DNA of 64,000 bases from Candidatus Asgardarchaeum abyssi (GTDB taxonomy: Archaea; Asgardarchaeota; Asgardarchaeia; Asgardarchaeales; Asgardarchaeaceae): NCBI GenBank assembly GCA_040225955.1, contig JBECUL010000002.1:38312-102311 (forward strand), read 5' to 3'. Under the pieces are notes generated by a model, which was not told the origin of the DNA, made no database searches, and saw only the letters and a program-made list of their open reading frames with translations. Each line of letters starts with the position of its first letter. Position 1 is the first letter of the stretch. The position numbers were made by a program, and so were the translations under genes. Below are positions 51,407 to 61,114 of this stretch, piece by piece.

Positions 51407-52042
51407 ATGGCTTATAAGGGTACAGAGTTCATTATTCTCATCGACCCCGAACGTTGTATGGGATGCAGATCCTGTGAGATAGCCTGCGCCGTTGAGCACT
51501 CAATTTCAAAGAATATATATGGAGCACTCGCAGAAAAGCCTAAACCAAGACCCAGAATCACAGTACTACCAGTTTCTAATTTTACCGTTCCTATGAGGTG
51601 TCAGCATTGTAAGGATGCACCTTGTATGGCCGTGTGTCCAACTCAAGCAATTCAACGTACTGATGAGGAATTTGTGATTTTGAATCCAGAAAAATGTATA
51701 GGCTGTTTAATGTGCGCACTTGCATGCCCATTTGGTCATCCCCGATACGAAAAAGAATACAAAACTGTAATCAAGTGTGATTTCTGCATAGATAGAATAA
51801 GAGAAGGGAGAGTACCTGCTTGTGTTGAAGCTTGTCCAACAGAGGCACTTAAATTTGGAACTTTAGAAGAACTCATGAGGGGAGTAGCAAAAGAGAAGGC
51901 TCAACAGCTCCTTACAGGACTTGCAGCAGCACCAGGCAAAATTTTAGTTCTTCCAGGGCTTAAAGAAGTTGAGGTAAAACCAGCACCACCAATTAAGCCC
52001 TCTGATGTTATTTCTAAATATTCTCGTGTGAGGTGGGTTTAA
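51407..52042 (+). CDS. cooF: CooF 4x[4Fe-4S] electron-transfer subunit
   Basis: CMGCRSCEIAC, CQHCKDAPCMAVCP, CIGCLMCALACP, KCDFC...PACVEACP. Confidence 0.92.
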   Translation: MAYKGTEFIILIDPERCMGCRSCEIACAVEHSISKNIYGALAEKPKPRPRITVLPVSNFTVPMRCQHCKDAPCMAVCPTQAIQRTDEEFVILNPEKCIGCLMCALACPFGHPRYEKEYKTVIKCDFCIDRIREGRVPACVEACPTEALKFGTLEELMRGVAKEKAQQLLTGLAAAPGKILVLPGLKEVEVKPAPPIKPSDVISKYSRVRWV

Positions 52043-53949
52043 TGTCATCCCTAGAGTATAGAAAATATAAACTTCCAGCTAAAGAAATTTCAATAACTCC
52101 GGGCGTTTCAAGTCTTATTGAAAAAGCAGAAGAAGAGGGCATTAAGGTAGCATGGCATAGATTCTTGGAACAGCAACCACAGTGTGGTTTTGGTTTACTT
52201 GGAATATGCTGTAGAAACTGTAACATGGGGCCATGTCGTATTGATCCATTTGGTCATGGCCCAACTAGAGGAACTTGTGGAGCCACAGCTGATACTATTG
52301 TTGCTAGGAATATTCTAAGGATGATAGCTGCTGGGGCTGCCGCACATAGTGATCACGCTAGAGATATATGGCACGTATTTCACATGGTAGCACATGGAGA
52401 AACGAAGTACTATGTGATTAAAGACTCTGAAAAACTTAAAACAGTGGCGTCAGCTGTTGGCATAAAGGTTGAAGGAAAAGAAGACTTAGAGATAGCTAAA
52501 GAACTAGCTGAAATTCTCTCATGGGAATTTGGGAAACCGGGAGAAGAGCCATTAAAACTATTGATGGGATTAGCTCCAAAGAAGAGAATAAAAGTATGGG
52601 AGAAGTTAGGTGTTCTTCCCAGAGCCATCGATAGAGAGGTAACTGAATGTATGCATAGGACGCACGTAGGTGTAGATGCCGACCCAGCAAGTTTGCTGCT
52701 ACATGGAGTGAGAACAAGCCTATCTGATGGATGGTCAGGTTCGATGATGGCAACGCTTCTTAGTGATATCCTATTTGGTACTCCTAAACCTATAAAATTC
52801 ACTGCAAATTTAGGTGTTCTCAAAGAGGATATGGTTAACATAATTGTTCATGGTCACAATCCTGTGCTATCTATGAAAATAGCTGAAGTTGCACAATCGG
52901 AAAAAATACAAAAGTTAGCAGAAAAATATGGCGCAAAAGGAGTTAATGTGGCAGGAATGTGCTGTACTGGCAACGAAGTATTGATGAGACTTGGTATCCC
53001 TGCTGCTGGTAACATGCTAATGCAAGAACTAGCGATAGTTACTGGAGCGGTAGAGGCTATGATTGTGGACTATCAGTGTGTTATGCCAGCTATCGTTGAT
53101 GTGGCAGGATGTTATCATACAAAAATTATAACCACAGAACCTAAAATGCATATTCCAGGAGCCTTACATATAGAATTTAAACCTGAAAAGGCCGATGAAA
53201 TAGCTGAGAAAATAGTAACAACAGCAATTGAGAACTTTCAAAATAGAAGTAAAGAAAAAGTCAAGATTCCAGAATACAAGATGGAAGCCATGGCTGGATT
53301 TAGCGTTGAAGCTATATTAGAAGCACTTGGAGGCACACTTGAACCTTTGATTAATGCTATAAAAGATGGAACAATTAAAGGTATAGTAGGCGTAGTTGGA
53401 TGCGTAAATCCAAAGGTTAAACATAATTATAGCCATATAACTCTGACTAAGAAACTTATAGCCAATGATATATTAGTAGTTGGGACTGGCTGCTGGGCTT
53501 TGGCAGCTGCAATGCACGGATTACTATCACCTGAAGCTGCTAAAGAAGCTGGCCCTGGAGTTAGAAAGATATGTGAAGCATTAGGAGTTCCACCATGCTT
53601 ACACATGGGCAGCTGCGTTGATTGTTCAAGAATACTCATAGCACTAGGCGCTATAGCCGATGCTTTAGGTGTTGATATCCCAGATCTACCAGCTGCTGGT
53701 TCTGCTCCAGAGTGGATGAGCGAAAAAGCTGTTAGCATAGGGACATATTTTGTGGCTAGCGGAGTATTCACGCACTTAGGTACAATACCTCCAGTATTAG
53801 GAAGTCCAACAGTAACTAAATTGTTAACTGATGATGTTGAAGACCTCCTTGGTGGAAAGTTCTATGTAGAACCAGACCCAGAAAAGGCAGCAGATACAAT
53901 AATTGAAGTAATCATGGAGAAAAGGAAAAAGCTCGGCCTGCCACTCTAA
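52042..53949 (+). CDS. cooS: Anaerobic Ni-CO dehydrogenase catalytic subunit
   Basis: CGFG...CCRNCNMGPC, AHSDH, VHGHNP, MCCTG, DYQC, GCVN, TGC, GSCVD, MSEKA. Confidence 0.97.
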   Translation: MSSLEYRKYKLPAKEISITPGVSSLIEKAEEEGIKVAWHRFLEQQPQCGFGLLGICCRNCNMGPCRIDPFGHGPTRGTCGATADTIVARNILRMIAAGAAAHSDHARDIWHVFHMVAHGETKYYVIKDSEKLKTVASAVGIKVEGKEDLEIAKELAEILSWEFGKPGEEPLKLLMGLAPKKRIKVWEKLGVLPRAIDREVTECMHRTHVGVDADPASLLLHGVRTSLSDGWSGSMMATLLSDILFGTPKPIKFTANLGVLKEDMVNIIVHGHNPVLSMKIAEVAQSEKIQKLAEKYGAKGVNVAGMCCTGNEVLMRLGIPAAGNMLMQELAIVTGAVEAMIVDYQCVMPAIVDVAGCYHTKIITTEPKMHIPGALHIEFKPEKADEIAEKIVTTAIENFQNRSKEKVKIPEYKMEAMAGFSVEAILEALGGTLEPLINAIKDGTIKGIVGVVGCVNPKVKHNYSHITLTKKLIANDILVVGTGCWALAAAMHGLLSPEAAKEAGPGVRKICEALGVPPCLHMGSCVDCSRILIALGAIADALGVDIPDLPAAGSAPEWMSEKAVSIGTYFVASGVFTHLGTIPPVLGSPTVTKLLTDDVEDLLGGKFYVEPDPEKAADTIIEVIMEKRKKLGLPL

Positions 53950-53956
53950 ATTAAAC

Positions 53957-53992
53957 CTTTTTATTTATTTTTATTTTATTTATAATTTTATT
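53957..53992 (+). terminator. Oligo-T tract after cooS (partial terminator or attenuator)
   Basis: CCTTTTTATTTATTTTTATTTTATTT right after the stop codon. Confidence 0.35.
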
Positions 53993-54010
53993 CATAAGGA
54001 GAGCTTAAGT

Positions 54011-54814
54011 ATGAAAATAATAGTTACTGGAAAAGGAGGTGTTGGGAAAACATCAATAACTGCTGTTCTGGCGCATATATTATCTTCTAGCGGTTATTCT
54101 GTACTAGCAATAGATACTGACTCTGTTCCAAATCTTGCTCAAAGTTTAGGCATTCCTTACGACAAGGCATCAAAAATAGTTCCTTTATCAAAGAACGATA
54201 AACTTGTTGAAGAAAGAACTGGAGCTAAGCCTGGCGAGAGTTGGGGGATGCTCTTTTCATTGACTCCAAAGGTTGATGACCTAGTGGACAATTATGGTAT
54301 TAAAATCTCTGAGAATTTAAGAGTGTTGGTTGTAGGGAGCATAGATTCAAGTAAGGAGGGGTGTCTCTGCCCTGCTATCGCTCTTGCAAAGGCTTTCTTA
54401 CGCCATGTATTACTAAAGAGAAACGAAGTTGTTATAGTTGACTCTGAAGCAGGCGCAGAGGTCTTCGGTAGAGGCCTAGCTGAGAAATTTGATTTAATGT
54501 TATGTATTAGTGAGCCAACATTAAAATCGATGTCAATTGCAAGAAAGCTTATAAAAATGGCGAGAGAGCTTGATATAAAAAAGAATATACTTATTATAAA
54601 CAAGGTTACTGACATTGAGAATGCTGTGAGTCTTTATGAGAGAGTGTTTGGTGATGAAGATATACCATACCATATAGTGAGATTGGATAATCAGTTGTAT
54701 GAGTTAGAAGTAAAAGGGTTGGGTGTTGATAATTTAGGGCCCAATAGTATCATTTTTCAGGATATTAATAGGCTTTGCAAGACTATTTGTTACTTACATA
54801 AGTTGAAGGTGTAA
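54011..54814 (+). CDS. cooC: CODH nickel-insertion ATPase CooC
   Basis: TGKGGVGKT, EGCLCP, VDSEAG. Confidence 0.93.
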   Translation: MKIIVTGKGGVGKTSITAVLAHILSSSGYSVLAIDTDSVPNLAQSLGIPYDKASKIVPLSKNDKLVEERTGAKPGESWGMLFSLTPKVDDLVDNYGIKISENLRVLVVGSIDSSKEGCLCPAIALAKAFLRHVLLKRNEVVIVDSEAGAEVFGRGLAEKFDLMLCISEPTLKSMSIARKLIKMARELDIKKNILIINKVTDIENAVSLYERVFGDEDIPYHIVRLDNQLYELEVKGLGVDNLGPNSIIFQDINRLCKTICYLHKLKV

Positions 54815-54817
54815 GAT

Positions 54818-55015
54818 ATGTGTGAGTCTGATGTTTATATAATTGAAAATGGAAAAGAGAAAATCCTCCTAAATGAAGTTTCAAGTCTAAAATTAGAAAA
54901 CAATACTGCTCTACTCCAAAATATCTATGGCGAGGAGAAAAAGTTAGAGCATGTAAAAAGAATAATTATTGATTTTCTTAAACACAAGGTTCTAATTGAA
55001 GTGGAAGGAGCTTAG
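54818..55015 (+). CDS. cooT: Nickel chaperone CooT
   Basis: MCESDVY N-terminus, NIYGEEK, DFLKHKV; 65 aa. Confidence 0.85.
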   Translation: MCESDVYIIENGKEKILLNEVSSLKLENNTALLQNIYGEEKKLEHVKRIIIDFLKHKVLIEVEGA

Positions 55016-55026
55016 GAGGGTAGTAA

Positions 55027-56928
55027 ATGATATTTACACCCTACCATTTTATTTTATCTATCTTAGGTCTCTTTATCGTAGGATTTATATGCCTTTTTCT
55101 CTCAAAGTTTTCAAAATTGACGCTTACAATAGCCATAGTTTCATCGCTTGTAGTTTTAATCATAAATGTTCTAATCTTCCCAGATATAGTTACTAATGGG
55201 ATCACTTTCGAGTATCGTTTAGTTAATCTTCCCTTGTTAGAGATTCGTTTTGATTCGTTATCTTATTTCTTTTCCATTTTGGTCTCTCTAATCGGATTTC
55301 TATGTATTTTATATTCTTATGACTATATGAGCCATGAAAGGTCTGTGGGCCGTTATTGTTTCTGGATGTTGGCTTTTATAGGTTCCATGATTCTGCTTGT
55401 ATCGGCAAATGGAATACTATTACTGATATTAAGCTGGGAACTAACAAGTTTATGTTCTTACAGTTTAATATCTTTCTGGAACGAAAGAAAAGAAGCCCTT
55501 CGAGGGGCTTATAAAACGATAATCATAACCGAAACAGGATCTACCATACTAATAGTTGGATTGGCCTTGCTGTCAAATATCACTGGCAGTGTACTTATCC
55601 ATGAGATGATATCAAAATATGTAGGAACGTCCAATAATATTTTCTCCGCCCTAATTTTCGTCTCGCTTTTCATAGCTATAATAACAAAATCGGTTCAGTT
55701 TCCATTTTATATATGGCTCCCAGATGCCATGGAAGCACCAACACCTGTAAGTGCACTTTTGCATGCGGCAACCATGGTTAAAGCTGGAGTTTATCTTCTA
55801 ATCCGATTGTGGCCATTATTCATGCTCTTTGTTCTCCCATGGCAATCAGTAGTGCTGATTATAGGATTAATAACGATATTTGTTGGAGTTTTCTATATGC
55901 TAATCCAAAATGACTTAAAGCGATTTTTAGCCTACAGTACTATAAGTCACATAGGTTATATGGTTACAGCTGTAGGAATAGGGACTCCGTTTGGAGTATT
56001 GGTTGCACTATTTCATCTATTTAATCATGCTATAACTAAAGGTCTTCTCTTCCTATGTGCTGGCTTTGTTGAGCATTATGTAAAAACTAGAGACATGACA
56101 CAGCTTGGAGGTTTAGCTACAAGAATGCGTATAACCGCCGCAACATTCTTTATAGGTGCAATTTCTATATCTGGGATTCCTCCATTTAATGGTTTTGTGA
56201 GTAAGTGGATGATTTACGAGGCAGGAATTAAAGCTTGGGTTGATAGCAAGAATGTTCTGCCATTGTTAGCAACTTTAGTAACCTTAATTGCAAGCGCTGT
56301 AACTCTGGCTGCGTTTATAAAAGTAATTCATAGTGTGTTTTATGGTGCACCGAAAATTAAATTCGAAACTATAGAAAAGAAAAATTCCGTAATTATGGAA
56401 CTGCCTTTAGTATTCCTTAGCATCTTATGTGTGATATTTGGGATATTTCCTTACTTACCTCTTAATTATCTTATCTTGCCAGCTATATTAGCTATAGGTA
56501 TACAAGTTGAGGAGTTTGAATTTTTAACGATAAGTACTGGTGTGGGAGTAATCTCAGAACCGATCGCATCATTTATGTTAGCTTTTGGAATTCTTTTAGG
56601 GTTACTTATTTATGTTTCCACTTTCAGACCTCGAGAAATAAGAGTGGAGAGAGAAAAAACTAAGATCTTTATTTGCGGTGAAGATCCAGAACTATACTCT
56701 CCAGAGCAGATTCATATTTCCTCTGAACACTTTTACATAACTACTATAAAGGACCCCCTGAGTGCAATGTACCGCTATAGCGATTTGGATTCGATGTTTA
56801 CATCGCTTGCAAAATATACTGATAAGGTGCTTCAAAAGCTATCCGACAAGAAATTAGTCTTTGTAGGATATGCTATTTTAATTCTAATGATAGTATCGGC
56901 GCTGATTCTTTTGCTTATCGGAGGGTAA
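55027..56928 (+). CDS. Group 4 hydrogenase antiporter-like subunit (NuoL/HyfB/EchA-like)
   Basis: SWELTSL, WLPDAMEAPTPVSALLHAATMVKAG, LAYSTISH, NHAITKGLLF. Confidence 0.92.
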   Translation: MIFTPYHFILSILGLFIVGFICLFLSKFSKLTLTIAIVSSLVVLIINVLIFPDIVTNGITFEYRLVNLPLLEIRFDSLSYFFSILVSLIGFLCILYSYDYMSHERSVGRYCFWMLAFIGSMILLVSANGILLLILSWELTSLCSYSLISFWNERKEALRGAYKTIIITETGSTILIVGLALLSNITGSVLIHEMISKYVGTSNNIFSALIFVSLFIAIITKSVQFPFYIWLPDAMEAPTPVSALLHAATMVKAGVYLLIRLWPLFMLFVLPWQSVVLIIGLITIFVGVFYMLIQNDLKRFLAYSTISHIGYMVTAVGIGTPFGVLVALFHLFNHAITKGLLFLCAGFVEHYVKTRDMTQLGGLATRMRITAATFFIGAISISGIPPFNGFVSKWMIYEAGIKAWVDSKNVLPLLATLVTLIASAVTLAAFIKVIHSVFYGAPKIKFETIEKKNSVIMELPLVFLSILCVIFGIFPYLPLNYLILPAILAIGIQVEEFEFLTISTGVGVISEPIASFMLAFGILLGLLIYVSTFRPREIRVEREKTKIFICGEDPELYSPEQIHISSEHFYITTIKDPLSAMYRYSDLDSMFTSLAKYTDKVLQKLSDKKLVFVGYAILILMIVSALILLLIGG

Positions 56929-56931
56929 CAT

Positions 56932-57360
56932 ATGGAAAGCGAGGAAAGTCTATTAAATAAGATAAGCAAAGAACTGAAAGATTTAGTTCAAAATCTGAGG
57001 ATTATTGATAAGCGCAGAATCCAAGCAGATGTCAACAAAAGAGATCTAGAAGAGATCGCGAAGATACTCAAAGAAAAATTTGGAGCTCATCTGTCCATGA
57101 TAACATGTAGAGATGCAGATAAAGAATTTGAAGTCATTTATCACTTTGATATTAACGGCAATCTTCTCAACTTAAAAACTCTTACCTCAAAAGCGATATC
57201 CAAAGTCCCGTCCATCATTTCAATATTTCCCGTTGCAGATTTTTACGAGAGGGAAATAATGGATCTTTTTGGGGTGAAATTTGAGGGGCATCCCAAACCT
57301 AGGAGATTTATTCTACCAGATAATTGGCCTAAGAATGTATACCCTCTCAGGAAGAGGTGA
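56932..57360 (+). CDS. Hydrogenase NuoC/EchD-like subunit
   Basis: YEREIMDLFGVKFEGHP, YPLRK. Confidence 0.9.
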   Translation: MESEESLLNKISKELKDLVQNLRIIDKRRIQADVNKRDLEEIAKILKEKFGAHLSMITCRDADKEFEVIYHFDINGNLLNLKTLTSKAISKVPSIISIFPVADFYEREIMDLFGVKFEGHPKPRRFILPDNWPKNVYPLRKR

Positions 57361-57364
57361 GCTT

Positions 57365-58495
57365 ATGCCGAGAGAAACAATAATACCATTTGGGCCTTAT
57401 CATTATGCGCTAGAAGAGCCTGTAATGTTTAAGTTAAGTGTTCTAGGAGAAAAAATAGTAGATGTGGATGTAAGACTTGGGCATGCTCATAGAGGTATAG
57501 AATATCTTATGGAGAAAAAGCGTTTCGAGGATTGCATAAGACTTGCAGAGAGAGTATGTGCTATTTGCACACAAGCTCACTCTGAATGCTTTGTAATGGG
57601 AATAGAAAGAATAGCAGGAATAGAACCACCTAAAAGGGCTAAGTACATACGAACAATAATATTTGAGCTTAACAGAATAGAAAGCCATCTTCTAATACTC
57701 GGACTCACAGCGCATCTGATGGGATTCGATACGGTTTTTATGCATTTATGGGCTTTCAGAGAGGAGGTTATGCAAATATTAGAAGAGCTCACTGGAAATA
57801 GAGTACAATATGCCATTACAGCAATTGGTGGTGTCAGAAGAGACATCTCTGAAAAACAAGTATCAAGAGTTTTAAAATCACTGGAGAAACTAGAGGAGTC
57901 TATTAGTAGATTCAGAGAGATATTTGAGAGAGATAAGACTATTAGAATGAGAGCAAAAGAGGTTGGCTATCTATCTAAACAAGATGCATTAAAACTTAAT
58001 GTAGTAGGCCCCGTTGCACGGGCTTCAAGTGTAGATTTCGATATCAGAAAAAGAGATCCCTATCTGGCATATGATGAAATAGATTTTGATGTAATAGTTC
58101 TTGATGAAGGTGATTCGTGGGCAAGAACCTTGGTTAGGTTGCTAGAGGTTTTTGAGTCATTAAAGATAATAAAAGCAGCATTAGAAAATCTGCCAAAGGG
58201 AGACATAAAAACAGAATATGAGAAAATACCTGCAGGAGAAGTTACAAGCAGAGTGGAGGCCCCAAGAGGAGAATTACTGTACTATATTAAAACTACTGGT
58301 TCCATAACTCCTGAACGTGTAAAAATACGTACACCTACCATACCAAACCTTATAGCAGCCAAACCTATATTGGTTGGAGGAACTATAGCAGACGCTCCAG
58401 TTTCAATAGGTAGCCTAGATCCATGTATTGCTTGTGCTAACAGAGTGCTAATTCTAGATCTAAAGAGTGGAAAATATAGGCTTATGAGGTGGTAA
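57365..58495 (+). CDS. Group 4 [NiFe]-hydrogenase large subunit
   Basis: L1 RVCAICTQAH, L2 DPCIACANR plus a C-terminal extension; EAPRGE; ATG after GAGGTGA. Confidence 0.95.
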   Translation: MPRETIIPFGPYHYALEEPVMFKLSVLGEKIVDVDVRLGHAHRGIEYLMEKKRFEDCIRLAERVCAICTQAHSECFVMGIERIAGIEPPKRAKYIRTIIFELNRIESHLLILGLTAHLMGFDTVFMHLWAFREEVMQILEELTGNRVQYAITAIGGVRRDISEKQVSRVLKSLEKLEESISRFREIFERDKTIRMRAKEVGYLSKQDALKLNVVGPVARASSVDFDIRKRDPYLAYDEIDFDVIVLDEGDSWARTLVRLLEVFESLKIIKAALENLPKGDIKTEYEKIPAGEVTSRVEAPRGELLYYIKTTGSITPERVKIRTPTIPNLIAAKPILVGGTIADAPVSIGSLDPCIACANRVLILDLKSGKYRLMRW

Positions 58496-58496
58496 T

Positions 58497-59099
58497 ATGA
58501 ACCACTTGATACTATTCTCGCTGGCATCTCTCATAGCTATTATATATGCTATTGGTCAAAGAAACATTTATAGGATAATATCATTTGTCTTCATAAGTCA
58601 AATATCCTTGGCACTATTTGCATTTTCAATTAAGAATCTACTGGGATACTTATACGTTCTAAGTATACTCCCTCCTCTCCTAGCTTTAATGGTAATCTCT
58701 TACATAGTAGCAATTACATCCAGTGCTGAAATAGATAGAGTAGAAGGGCTCTTAAGCAAAATGCCAGTCTCAACTTGGACATTCATAACGGCATCTATCA
58801 TGGTTTCCCTATTTCCTCCATTCATGCCATTCATATTAGAACACTTCATTATAGAGGAAAGCTTACTTTTAGGTCAAATAGCTGCAGTCATAGTCATAAT
58901 ACTGATATCAATAAGAGTCTTAACCATAATATGTCTTTTCAAAACATCACATAAGGTATTTTTCGGAACACCCAGTAAGCTAGAAGTAAAAGAACCTAAA
59001 GTAGCTTATATAGCCCTTATTTTGATAATACTTTCAATTTTTCTTACGTTCAATCCTTACTTCTGGAATATGGCAGTAAGCTTGGGGGTGACTGAATGA
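58497..59099 (+). CDS. Short antiporter-like membrane subunit (half NuoM/N-like)
   Basis: GLLSKMP, SLFPPFMPF, VFFGTP...VKEP motifs; 200 aa. Confidence 0.7.
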   Translation: MNHLILFSLASLIAIIYAIGQRNIYRIISFVFISQISLALFAFSIKNLLGYLYVLSILPPLLALMVISYIVAITSSAEIDRVEGLLSKMPVSTWTFITASIMVSLFPPFMPFILEHFIIEESLLLGQIAAVIVIILISIRVLTIICLFKTSHKVFFGTPSKLEVKEPKVAYIALILIILSIFLTFNPYFWNMAVSLGVTE

Positions 59100-59542
59100 G
59101 TCGTATTGCCTCCTACTTGCTAAAGAGAAGCATTTGGGTTTATCATCTAAATACAGGTTCATGTAATGGCTGTGATATAGAAACTGTGGCTGTATTCACA
59201 CCAAGATTTGATGTTGAACGTTTTGGTATTCGTCTCGTAGGAACGCCTAGGCACGCTGATGTAATTCTAGTTACTGGTCCAGTCACTGCACAAACCATTG
59301 ATAAGTTAAAAAGAATCTATGAACAAGCACCAGAACCAAAACTTGTAATAGCTGTAGGTACTTGTGCCTGCACGTGTGGAATGTTTAAGGGGAGTTACTC
59401 GATTGTAGGACCCGTTAATAAAGTAATCCCAGTAGACTATTACATTATGGGCTGCCCTCCAAGAGCTCATACTATTCTAAAAGGCATCATAGAGGCACTT
59501 AGTCTATTTAAGAAGAAGGTGATGAAAGGTGGGAAATCTTAA
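59096..59542 (+). CDS. Hydrogenase small subunit (NuoB/EchC-like)
   Basis: GSCNGCDIE, PRHAD, VGTCA, GCPP. Confidence 0.95.
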   Translation: MSRIASYLLKRSIWVYHLNTGSCNGCDIETVAVFTPRFDVERFGIRLVGTPRHADVILVTGPVTAQTIDKLKRIYEQAPEPKLVIAVGTCACTCGMFKGSYSIVGPVNKVIPVDYYIMGCPPRAHTILKGIIEALSLFKKKVMKGGKS

Positions 59543-60467
59543 TATTATAACTCTAATCTTGGAATACTTAATCTTTCCAGGATTCTTGTTCTCAAGCGCA
59601 TTAGGATTTCTTCTGTTAGGCTTTAGAAGGAAAATTCGTGCTAGAATTCAAGGTCGCAGGGGACCACCAATAATCCAGCCATTCTATGATTTTATGAAGC
59701 TCTTAGTGAAAGAAGATATAGAGCCTGCTACAGCTAGCAAAACAGCCTATAGAGTGGCTCCTATACTTTCGTTAGCATCTGTAACTTTTGCTTCGGCATT
59801 GATTCCTATAGGTTATTATATGCCACAATTATCATTTACAGGTGATATAATACTTGTATTTTACTTACTCTCAATGTTGGTATTTGCAACAATATTAGGT
59901 GGCTCGTCTTCAAGTAATCCTTACAGTGCTGTGAGTGCTGCAAGATTTGCAACAATGCTAATAGTTTTTGAACTACCATTAGTCTTTACAATAGCAACTA
60001 TAGCTGTGTGGAGTAAATCACTAATGCTTATCCAAATAATCTCAACTAAGAGGTTGGGAATAGAATATGCTGTCCTTCTGCCTACAGCAATTGCCTTTTT
60101 ACTATATATAATGGCTAAACTCTATGTCAATCCCTTTAGTATACCTGTTGCAGAGACAGAGATTCTTGAAGGTATATATGTGGAATATACAGGTAGAAAG
60201 CTTGCTTTATTTGAGCTTGCTCATGCTATTGAATTTTCAGTCTTAACGAGTTTATTTGTAGATTTCTTCATACCTCTTCCAAATATGGGATTGATAACTA
60301 TTATCGTTCATGTAATTTTGTGCATACTATTAGCTATACTAATTACGTTTATTGAAGCTATATTCGCCAGAATAAGAATTGATCAGTTCGTTAAGTTTTT
60401 TGGAATTTACGTAAACTTATTATCAATTCTTGGCTTAGTAGTCACTCTGCTTTTATTGGGGTGGTAG
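59529..60467 (+). CDS. Hydrogenase membrane subunit (NuoH/EchB-like)
   Basis: RKIRARIQGRRGPPIIQPFYDFMKL, AETEILEG..VEYTG. Confidence 0.93.
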   Translation: MGNLNIITLILEYLIFPGFLFSSALGFLLLGFRRKIRARIQGRRGPPIIQPFYDFMKLLVKEDIEPATASKTAYRVAPILSLASVTFASALIPIGYYMPQLSFTGDIILVFYLLSMLVFATILGGSSSSNPYSAVSAARFATMLIVFELPLVFTIATIAVWSKSLMLIQIISTKRLGIEYAVLLPTAIAFLLYIMAKLYVNPFSIPVAETEILEGIYVEYTGRKLALFELAHAIEFSVLTSLFVDFFIPLPNMGLITIIVHVILCILLAILITFIEAIFARIRIDQFVKFFGIYVNLLSILGLVVTLLLLGW

Positions 60468-60468
60468 C

Positions 60469-60996
60469 ATGGGTAACATAATTCATGAAGTCCTAAAGGT
60501 TCTGAAAAGAGGCCCTTTCACAGAGAAGTATCCCAAGGCTCCAAGCCCTGCAGCGGAAGAATATAGAGGGAAACCAATATTCGACCCAGAGAAGTGTATT
60601 GGTTGTGGAGCATGTGCTAAAGTCTGTCCAGTGGATGCGATTGATATTCTTGATGGGGATGGAAAACGAGTTCTTAAAGTAAACTATGGAACATGTATAT
60701 TCTGTGGGAAGTGTCAGGAGAAATGTCTGTACGATGCTATAACATTAACTAAGGAATTTGAAATATCTTCAAGTAGGTTAGAAGATGCTGTTACCACAAT
60801 AGAAATCCCGCTAAAGACATGTAAGATATGCGGTGGACCCATAACAACATTACCTCAAATGGCAGAGATAGAAAAAATATTAGAAAAGGAGAAATTTGCA
60901 GAAGACATAAAGGAAGCTCTTGAATTATGCATAAAATGTAGACTTAAAAAATATAGTAATACCGTGGCAACAAAGTTACCTTATCCCCGCGAATAG
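60469..60996 (+). CDS. Hydrogenase 2x[4Fe-4S] subunit (NuoI/EchF-like)
   Basis: TEKYP...RGKP, CIGCGACAKVCP, CIFCGKCQEKC, extra CKIC/CIKC. Confidence 0.93.
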   Translation: MGNIIHEVLKVLKRGPFTEKYPKAPSPAAEEYRGKPIFDPEKCIGCGACAKVCPVDAIDILDGDGKRVLKVNYGTCIFCGKCQEKCLYDAITLTKEFEISSSRLEDAVTTIEIPLKTCKICGGPITTLPQMAEIEKILEKEKFAEDIKEALELCIKCRLKKYSNTVATKLPYPRE

Positions 60997-61114
60997 AATA
61001 GTCGCAAGAGATATAATAGTACTTATTCTAAAAAGCAATAGTTCTAAATGACCAAATAGGTAATTTTAATAATAAAATCAATTATAAGCAACATGCACAA
61101 AGGAGATGTAATCA

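Noticed and set aside
61060-61087. GTAATT-N16-TTATAA upstream of chlID as a second NikR box
   Set aside because: Too many mismatches to be significant at this AT content
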